DNA of 41,564 bases from IMG/VR virus record IMGVR_UViG_3300031701_000003, positions 1 to 41,564 of that record, one strand, 5' to 3'. The notes below the pieces were generated by a model. That model saw only the letters and a program-made list of their open reading frames with translations, was not told the DNA's origin and ran no database searches. This document shows, piece by piece, positions 34,769 to 41,564 of this stretch. A program made the position numbers and the translations under genes. How positions within the stretch are numbered: position 1 is the first letter of the stretch; every line of letters starts with the position of its first letter. The stretch is from a virus (taxonomy: Duplodnaviria; Caudoviricetes).

Positions 34769-35821
34769 TTATAGCGCAGCACCGGGGCCGGGGTCGTTGG
34801 CTTCAAGTCCGGGGCGTTCGGTGAGCACCTCACCGCGCACGTTGGGATCGTCTATGTTGATGAAGTCGCCATCACTCAAGACTTGCGCGCGATCGACTAC
34901 CGCGCGACCCCAGCACCGACATTGAATTGGTTGACCCGGGATACCGACACCGGGGGCACCATCGGCCCACGTAAACGTGCGGCTCTGGAGTGCCGCATGT
35001 TGCGAGCGTACGCGTGAATCTTTCTGCGTTTCCCACACAAATTTAGTTATGCCCGCGGCGGTCTGTCGTGTGCGATTGAGTTGGCCGTTTAGTTTTGAAA
35101 CTTGATCGCGTGCGATGAGTGCCGCGTGATTCTCAAGGGTGATCAAGACCGGGGATCCATCCTTGCGAAGTCGGCGGATCGGGATCTTCGACGGCACCCC
35201 CGAGCGTTGCCACTTGTCGAGGAGTCGATCGGCAAGCTCGTCGCGTGTTGGGTTGGGCCCGAGGTCTTCACCCTCGATGCCCTCACCTAGCATCACCGAG
35301 CGCGTGACAGAATCACCGAGCCCATCAAGCACGCCTTGCCGCAAGGTCGACACGAGCCGCACGTTGTCGTCGACGAATTGATCGTTGAGCAATTGCGGCG
35401 ACATGTTTGCGCGGACAACAAGTCGCACCGAGCCCGGGCGAGGTAGCGCCGCGGTCGGCAAGAACGTCGGCACGTTGATCTCGGTGCCGGGCTCATCGCT
35501 CCCGATCACCTCGACATTCAATTGCTTTTGCAACGCGTCGAAAAACAAGCGCCGGTGTCGGTCGTTTTGAATCGTCGCAACCGAGCGCGCCTCGTCGCGG
35601 ATCTTCGAGTCGGGAAACGCGATCGCAAGCGCCGCCTCGACGAGCACGATCGCCGCGAAGATCTCCGCGTTGCTACCCGTGCGGATCGCCGGCACAAGTT
35701 TGTCCGCGATGATCTTGAGGGCGACCGCATTCATCGCCCCGTACTTGCGCGCGAGTTCGTCGGCAAGACGCTCGGGGAATTCTTGGTTGAGCCCGCTAAG
35801 GGTACTAGGTTTCTCCGGCAC
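34769..35821 (-). CDS. Head morphogenesis protein (SPP1 gp7/Mu gpF-like, about 350 aa)
   Basis: LIARDQVSKLNG...FVWETQKDSRVRSQH...PGQPIQCRC. GTG start at 35821 is inferred. Confidence 0.85.
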   Translation of the reverse strand: MPEKPSTLSGLNQEFPERLADELARKYGAMNAVALKIIADKLVPAIRTGSNAEIFAAIVLVEAALAIAFPDSKIRDEARSVATIQNDRHRRLFFDALQKQLNVEVIGSDEPGTEINVPTFLPTAALPRPGSVRLVVRANMSPQLLNDQFVDDNVRLVSTLRQGVLDGLGDSVTRSVMLGEGIEGEDLGPNPTRDELADRLLDKWQRSGVPSKIPIRRLRKDGSPVLITLENHAALIARDQVSKLNGQLNRTRQTAAGITKFVWETQKDSRVRSQHAALQSRTFTWADGAPGVGIPGQPIQCRCWGRAVVDRAQVLSDGDFINIDDPNVRGEVLTERPGLEANDPGPGAAL

Positions 35822-37121
35822 GATCGGGGCTCTCCAACGGGGACAGTACACCCTCGGAGATCAAGCGCGCGCGGACTTCATCCGCCGACGTGACACCGTT
35901 GAGCATGTAGATCTGATCTGACTGAGAATTCTTGAGCGTGGTATCGGCTTTCTCCGTCGCGGTCGGTTGCCAAAGCGGGTTGAAGTCGATCGTGAATTCC
36001 TCGGGCACGTCTTCGTTGTTGTTCTTGCGGACGGCGAAGAGTACGTTGAGCAATTCGGTGAGGACCGGGGTGAGCTTGAGCCCTTGTTGCGAGGCGACCC
36101 AATCGAAGTAAGATCGCATGGTCGAATCCCCCGAAGCGTTGAGCCCCGAGGGTGTTTCCCCGAGCAACACCGGCCGTGGGTAGTCGGTCGCGCGGGTGAG
36201 CCCGTCGATGAATTGATTGAGCAACAAGTCGAGCCCCGACACGTTGCGGTTGACCTCCGAATATTCGTCGTTTTTGTCGAGCGCGAGCACGTGCAAATTG
36301 TCGACGCTCATGCGGAGCGCCTCCATCACCCCCTTGATGTCTTGTTGATCCTGAGCCGACCCACACAACGCCTCGCGCAAGCCTTCGAGTTTGTACACTT
36401 GGATCGAGATGTCGTGCATGATCGATCGGGCGTAGCCCATCACCTCGCCAAGCTGTGAGATCTCGGTGTACACGCGCTCCAAAATTGACGGGCCCCAACC
36501 ATTGTTTTGGATCATCCGCGTAGGTGCGACGCGCATGCCGTCGAAGCGGATCGTGCGGGACCGATGCACCTTGCGGATCGCGTTGCTCCCGAAGGGCACC
36601 GTGATGTCGTAATGACTCGGGCGACGGAAGGCGCGAGCACCGAGCCCGGGGTTGAAGCCCGACGGGTTGACGAAGGGCGCTTCGACGACTTGCAACGAAG
36701 ACAACTTCGTCGCGGTGTCGAGGTTGAGCGGCATGTCCATCGTCTGCCCATCGTTGACGACCATGATCAAGATCGCACCGCCGTATAATCTCGACCACCG
36801 CCACGCGTCCGCGATACCGTTGAGCGCATCGAGGTCTTCGAGTTCGGACTGTACCGACGCGAAGTCGAAAGCCTCGTCGGTGCCGGTGAGGGTGAAGCCC
36901 TCGCGCGTCGCATCGTCAACGAGTCGGTCGACGATGCGCGCCGACATTGCGTCTTGCTCGTACAACACCGACAGCGTTTCGGTCTGTAGTTTGGGGCGCT
37001 CCAACACGTACCCGTAAGACGACTTATCTTTTGCGCCCGCGAGTCCCGTGATGGCGTTGGCGTAATCGTCGCCGCGAATTTGCATCGTGACTCCGGGGGC
37101 TAGTTTTGTTTTGTCGTTCAT
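35805..37121 (-). CDS. Portal protein (DUF1073-like, 438 aa)
   Basis: WSRLYGGA, LLGETPSGLNASGDS and FNPLWQ motifs, follows terL. Confidence 0.88.
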   Translation of the reverse strand: MNDKTKLAPGVTMQIRGDDYANAITGLAGAKDKSSYGYVLERPKLQTETLSVLYEQDAMSARIVDRLVDDATREGFTLTGTDEAFDFASVQSELEDLDALNGIADAWRWSRLYGGAILIMVVNDGQTMDMPLNLDTATKLSSLQVVEAPFVNPSGFNPGLGARAFRRPSHYDITVPFGSNAIRKVHRSRTIRFDGMRVAPTRMIQNNGWGPSILERVYTEISQLGEVMGYARSIMHDISIQVYKLEGLREALCGSAQDQQDIKGVMEALRMSVDNLHVLALDKNDEYSEVNRNVSGLDLLLNQFIDGLTRATDYPRPVLLGETPSGLNASGDSTMRSYFDWVASQQGLKLTPVLTELLNVLFAVRKNNNEDVPEEFTIDFNPLWQPTATEKADTTLKNSQSDQIYMLNGVTSADEVRARLISEGVLSPLESPDRAGET

Positions 37122-37127
37122 CGTGTC

Positions 37128-38447
37128 CTAGAGATAGGCCCGGAGAGGTCCGGCCGGTCGATCGGATTGCAAAAGTAATTCGTGAAAGCCCCACACCAAA
37201 GCGTCGAGTCTGTCGGGGCTCTTCGACATCGAAGCATCCCACGAGGTGAGTTGAGTTTCGAGGGTGTCGTGTACCCCGACATGGTGCACGAGGTTGCGCT
37301 CGTACAACGCGGCGACGGGCTCCGCTCGCGTCACCTTGCCGCGACTTGCTCGCACGCTCTTCACCTTGACCCGGGGATCTACCGCGCGGATGTTCGCGGC
37401 AACGAGGTCGCCCCCGTTGTTGACCTCGACAACGATACAGTCGGCATCGTATCTCAGGTACGCGGCGATCGCTTGTTTGGCCCATGCGTGGGGTGAGTAG
37501 GTGCCCGACTTATCCGCGAGCACGTATCCATGTTTCGTCGAGTCGATGCCGCACACAACGATCCCGGTTTCGTCCGAGTCCTTGTGAGCAGTGACAGCCG
37601 GATCGACCGCGACCACAATGCGGCGAAGTGTCGGCGCATCCTTGACGCGGTTGGCTTCGAGGTTGTCGAAGTCCCAAAGCGCGTGCTCGTTTGTTGTGAG
37701 GTACTCACCGAGCAACTCTTGCCGACCGATGCGCGTGCCCTCGTAATGCGCACGAAAAAGATCTCGCACCTCCTTCGGCAAGAAGGCGTTGTCGAAGGTC
37801 GACGCGCGCGAGACTACGGTGCCCGGCTCGTCTTCGAGTGCACGAAGATCCGACGCGGGCAACGGCGTTGTCGTGAGCATCGCGCGAGCCCATCCCGCAC
37901 GCAAGCCGGGCTCGATTACTTCCCACCATGTTTTGGCAAAGTTGGGCCAGTGCGCGGGCTCATCGGCCCACACCCAAGCGGCGTTAGGCCCTCGACCTTG
38001 CTCCGGTTTATCAGCCGAGAAGATCCGACCCTTGACCCCGTTGGGCCACGTGAGCAATTTGTTTCCGGGCTCCCACTTGGGTCGGAAGTTTCGGGGCGCC
38101 GTGGCGAGGATGCCGGACGGGCCTTCGACCATAGTGAAACGCACATCGTCGTGGGTACGTCCCCACAAGGCGATCTCCCCGCGCTTGATCTTCGTGCGGT
38201 CCGCGGCGACGTCGTTGGTAGTCGCGGCGCCGGTGTGCGTCTTGCCGGTGCCTCGACCGGCGCGAAAGATCCACCGTCGCCAATCGCCCGGGGGCAAGGT
38301 CTGATACGGCAAGCGCCACAACGACCAATCTGAAAGCACAGTATCGAGTTCGTCGACCTCCATTGACTCGACGATCTTGGCGATCTTGTCGGGCGTCAAA
38401 GGCAAGAGACGCCGGACGATCTCCGGCATCGGCATCTCAGTTTCCAT
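37128..38447 (-). CDS. terL: Terminase large subunit (439 aa)
   Basis: AGRGTGKT Walker A, WADE Walker B, VAVDPA, SDETGI and SPDRLDA nuclease motifs. Confidence 0.93.
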   Translation of the reverse strand: METEMPMPEIVRRLLPLTPDKIAKIVESMEVDELDTVLSDWSLWRLPYQTLPPGDWRRWIFRAGRGTGKTHTGAATTNDVAADRTKIKRGEIALWGRTHDDVRFTMVEGPSGILATAPRNFRPKWEPGNKLLTWPNGVKGRIFSADKPEQGRGPNAAWVWADEPAHWPNFAKTWWEVIEPGLRAGWARAMLTTTPLPASDLRALEDEPGTVVSRASTFDNAFLPKEVRDLFRAHYEGTRIGRQELLGEYLTTNEHALWDFDNLEANRVKDAPTLRRIVVAVDPAVTAHKDSDETGIVVCGIDSTKHGYVLADKSGTYSPHAWAKQAIAAYLRYDADCIVVEVNNGGDLVAANIRAVDPRVKVKSVRASRGKVTRAEPVAALYERNLVHHVGVHDTLETQLTSWDASMSKSPDRLDALVWGFHELLLQSDRPAGPLRAYL

Positions 38448-38847
38448 CGAGAAACCTCGACAGTTTTTCCGCTAGGATCTCGGCCGCTTCGCGCTTGATC
38501 ATCTCACCCGTCTCGTCGTCAAGGTGCGCGTTGGGGTTGTTGCTGTACAGCTTGTTGTATCGAGCCCGCAAGAAGTCCATCTTGAGTCGCGGATCGTCGG
38601 CCGACAGCACGTCTTGCAATAGTTGCGCATGGCACTCCCCCTCGGCCATGTCGAGCGCGCGCACTAGCTTCGCCTGTATGTTGTCCACACCCTCGCGCCG
38701 GGCCTTGAGACCCTTGCGGATCCACGCTTGAAACGTGGCGACCGGGATGCCGAGCCGCTGAAAAGCGACGTACCGAAAGTTGCCGGCGCCAACGATGGCG
38801 GCGGCCTCTTCGATCACGCGATCGGTGAGGGTGAGCGGACCGGACAT
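38437..38847 (-). CDS. terS: Terminase small subunit (136 aa)
   Basis: N-terminal HTH (AFQRLGIPVATFQAW), directly upstream of terL. Confidence 0.7.
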   Translation of the reverse strand: MSGPLTLTDRVIEEAAAIVGAGNFRYVAFQRLGIPVATFQAWIRKGLKARREGVDNIQAKLVRALDMAEGECHAQLLQDVLSADDPRLKMDFLRARYNKLYSNNPNAHLDDETGEMIKREAAEILAEKLSRFLDGN

Positions 38848-38848
38848 G

Positions 38849-40120
38849 CTACTCGTACGATCCCCGCGCAACGATGCGCGCGTTGTCGATGATCACTTCG
38901 GACGCGGGGCCCGGTGCACCGCCGTTCGATGCGATGGCGAGATGGAAAAGATCGGGGCCGCCCGGGTTGGCTAACGTGTGCCGCATGAAAAACGAAACGG
39001 TCTTGCGCTCACCGACCGCCGCGAAGTCGGTGTACGTGGCGACCGACCCACTGCCCGGGCTCAAGAAAGTCACCACCGCCCGGATGCCAAGACCGGCACC
39101 GGCACCGAGTCGCACCGTTGCCGAATACTCGACGATGTAATTGCCGTTGGGTTGATTGAATTTGCCCGACGATGAGCCCATCGACATCGTGACCTTGTTG
39201 ATCGTGCTCGTCGCAGCCTCGGAGGTGTCCCCGAGCGACTCCGCGTACCCGTACCCGAAGCCCTCGGTCGTCGAGTGCGCGCGTTGCTTGCCCGGTGCCG
39301 CACCGAGTGCACCGCCCGCGGGGTCTTGCCACTCTAGCCCGCCGCGCTCCAAGGACACGGTGCCCGGGCGTTTCCAAAAGTCGCCATCGATCGGGGTGCC
39401 GGGCACGACCGTCGGTTGCATGTAGATCGTGCCGCGGACTTGAGCCGCGGGGAAGATCGACCCGAGCGCCGCAAGCGCCGGTTGAGGTGAGGTCGCAATG
39501 CCGAGCGCTTGCACCCCCCCGCCCGTCGGGCCGGCGACACCGTTGAGACCAAAGCCCCCACCGAGCCCGATGCCCGTGACACCGGTGCCGCCCGCGGGGC
39601 CACCGGTGGAGACGAGCCCAGTGAGAGTCCCGCCCGCCGTGACGCGCACACCCTCACCGCCGACCGAGTCAACGGTGAGCCCGACGCCGTTGCCGTTGTT
39701 GGTGATGATAGCCGCGGCGATCGTCGAGGTCGCACCGACTTCGAGGGCATTGCCCGCCGCGTTTGAGTTGAAGATCGTGGCGCTTTGAATCCCCGCGTTT
39801 TCGGTGACGACAAGACCGGGGCCCGCGGCAAGTGTGCCGCCGAAGATCCCGGTGGCGATCCGGGTCTCTCCCGATCCGCTAGTCTCGACGAGATGCGCGT
39901 CCAGTCCGGCCACCGCAGACCCGAGCGCTAGCCAACTTGTGATCCAATCCCCGGTGATATTGAAAAGTGTGTTGACGTGCTCCGCGTCCGCACCCGTGCC
40001 GGGGATGAAGCCTTGCGCCGGGAAGGGCACGGGAAGTTTCGTGTCGAAGGTGTTGGCCGGGCCGCTCGTGAAGGTGAGATCGGTCGCGTGGGTGTACGTG
40101 GATCCGGGTTTCGTTGCCAT
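38849..40120 (-). CDS. Tail fibre / receptor-binding protein (423 aa)
   Basis: Follows the baseplate wedge genes. QGFIPG...AEHVNTLF attachment motif and Gly-rich beta-helix-like repeats. Confidence 0.7.
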   Translation of the reverse strand: MATKPGSTYTHATDLTFTSGPANTFDTKLPVPFPAQGFIPGTGADAEHVNTLFNITGDWITSWLALGSAVAGLDAHLVETSGSGETRIATGIFGGTLAAGPGLVVTENAGIQSATIFNSNAAGNALEVGATSTIAAAIITNNGNGVGLTVDSVGGEGVRVTAGGTLTGLVSTGGPAGGTGVTGIGLGGGFGLNGVAGPTGGGVQALGIATSPQPALAALGSIFPAAQVRGTIYMQPTVVPGTPIDGDFWKRPGTVSLERGGLEWQDPAGGALGAAPGKQRAHSTTEGFGYGYAESLGDTSEAATSTINKVTMSMGSSSGKFNQPNGNYIVEYSATVRLGAGAGLGIRAVVTFLSPGSGSVATYTDFAAVGERKTVSFFMRHTLANPGGPDLFHLAIASNGGAPGPASEVIIDNARIVARGSYE

Positions 40121-40124
40121 GATT

Positions 40125-40817
40125 CTACTCGCAAGGTTGGGTGCCAATAGGCACGGAGAAATTCCAGATCATCGGGGGAGCAACGGCGACGCTTGCGGAA
40201 TTCCAATTGCCCTCGTTGAGAAACGGTCCGACGCTTTCGCTATTCCATAGCGAGTCGTCGGCAAGGATAACTTGCACTTGCCCAAGCACGCCGGCATAAG
40301 TCGCGCGGCAAATGAAGTTGATCAAGATCAACAACTCCGCAAGCACGATGCCGGGCACGGTGAGAAAGTACGAGGATGGGCCGGATGCCGTGTAGATAAC
40401 CGGCGCAAGGATGCCGGTGCCGATGAAGGTGCGGGAGATGGTGAGGAGGTTGGCGATCGTGCCGGTCCACTCCGCGTCGTCACGGTTCGCGGAGATCAAC
40501 AACTCGATCTGTATCTCAAGAAAAACACGGTACCGATCGTCGTTGAATCCTTGCCGCGGCAAGCCGACCACGCCACCGATCGCGTCGAGTTGTACGCCGA
40601 CCGCGCTGTCGATATCGAAAGCGACCTTGACCGCGTTGAGAACGTCGACGTATTGTTCAAGACCTTCGACGAGATCGCAGATCAGATCCCGAAACTTTCG
40701 GTTGCTCGTCTCATCGTCCATCTGAATGAGCACGCGCTCATCTGCAAGCTCACAAAAGGGGTGCGTGATCCCCCAAAAGGAGCTGAGCCCCCACGTGCCA
40801 CCGATGCCGAATCTCAT
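40125..40817 (-). CDS. Baseplate wedge protein (DUF2612/gpI-like, 230 aa)
   Basis: FDIDSAVGVQLDAIGGVVGLPR...DDRYR motif. Confidence 0.75.
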   Translation of the reverse strand: MRFGIGGTWGLSSFWGITHPFCELADERVLIQMDDETSNRKFRDLICDLVEGLEQYVDVLNAVKVAFDIDSAVGVQLDAIGGVVGLPRQGFNDDRYRVFLEIQIELLISANRDDAEWTGTIANLLTISRTFIGTGILAPVIYTASGPSSYFLTVPGIVLAELLILINFICRATYAGVLGQVQVILADDSLWNSESVGPFLNEGNWNSASVAVAPPMIWNFSVPIGTQPCE

Positions 40818-41564
40818 GGCGTCACCGTGACGACGATGCGGCCCGAGTCAAACTCGGGACGCTCGCGGATCCCGATCTCTAGCGGGTCAAAGAACGGGCC
40901 GATCTGTGCGATGCGCGACAGCGTCACGGCTACCGACACGGCCCCGGTGATCTCGCCGGACGCTTGCAGCCCCGACACGATTGCGACGTACTCATATGTG
41001 AGTTGATTCTTACCGATGCCGTTGAAGTTTGCGTTGGCAGTGGCGAGGACTTGCGCCGCGACTACATCGGCCATGTTAGTCGAGACGACTTGCTCGGTGC
41101 CGGTCGTGTCGATGTCGACGTTGATGAAGACGTCGACCTCGTCGATCAAGTCGAAAGCGACGTTTTGCACAATGCCCTCGGAGTCGGTGACGGTCTCGGG
41201 AAAGTCGGTGCCGTACGCTTCACCCCCCGCGCCGGTAGCTGAGAAGATTGCATCCGCGATCGACTGTCGAAGCGCAATGCCGGGGGGCGTTGGGTTAGTT
41301 TCGACGACGACGTTGAACGCTTTGAACGGGATACCATCGAGGTCCGCGCCGGGCACGTTGGGGTTGTGATACGTCCGCACCGATGTCACGCCGTTGACTT
41401 TGGAAACTACAGCGGTGATCGCCGCAAGCCCGCCGACGTTGCCCGCAAACAACTCGACCGATCGACGTACTCGAAAGTCGGGATCGGATTCTTGATCGCG
41501 TCCGATGTCGGCATCGTCGATCGGGTTGGTGACGCCGTTGAGATCGGGGTTAGCTGTGACGAGC
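40814..41564 (-). CDS. Baseplate J-like protein, C-terminal part (joins 487..1)
   Basis: GRDQESDPDFRVRR...AVVSKVNGV...IADAIF, in frame across the circular junction. Confidence 0.85.
   Translation of the reverse strand, partial: LVTANPDLNGVTNPIDDADIGRDQESDPDFRVRRSVELFAGNVGGLAAITAVVSKVNGVTSVRTYHNPNVPGADLDGIPFKAFNVVVETNPTPPGIALRQSIADAIFSATGAGGEAYGTDFPETVTDSEGIVQNVAFDLIDEVDVFINVDIDTTGTEQVVSTNMADVVAAQVLATANANFNGIGKNQLTYEYVAIVSGLQASGEITGAVSVAVTLSRIAQIGPFFDPLEIGIRERPEFDSGRIVVTVTP

Noticed and set aside
1-41564. Frequent GATC/CGATCG as HIP1 evidence for a cyanobacterial host
   Set aside because: It is explainable by ATC/GAT/GAC codon usage at high GC, and enrichment was not computed.

Overview
The window looks like a complete, circularly assembled genome of a GC-rich (about 60-65% by eye) myovirus-type tailed phage. 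It is 41,550 bp after removing a 14-nt terminal overlap, and the baseplate J gene reads in frame across the join. The minus-strand arm (19063 to 1, then 41564 to 34769) encodes an SLT-like enzyme, protease, decoration protein, capsid, neck, accessory fibres, sheath, two tube paralogues, chaperone, tape measure, baseplate, fibre, and then terminase, portal and gpF-like protein. The plus-strand arm (19341-34609) encodes early and replication genes: a PrimPol fused to an SF2 helicase, a PD-(D/E)XK nuclease, a second SF2 helicase, an SSB-like protein, PolA, an M15 peptidase, an adenine methyltransferase and VRR-NUC. No integrase, tRNA or CRISPR array was seen. The most interesting region is 19060-22860. 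Nine small unrelated ORFs are each preceded by a ~49-bp palindromic repeat containing a sigma70-type promoter positioned for leaderless translation, and eight of them start ATGAAGAC. A degenerate tenth repeat precedes an acidic protein and an XRE HTH gene. Just upstream, a minus-strand terminator-type hairpin carries a 17-nt loop antisense to the shared start region, making it a candidate master antisense sRNA. A 30-nt palindrome-plus-(-35) element brackets the whole block, and a 26-bp perfect inverted repeat sits at the strand switch. CAG/CTG appears depleted genome-wide except in an accessory fibre island and one cassette. Family assignments come from recognised motifs and synteny, not database searches.
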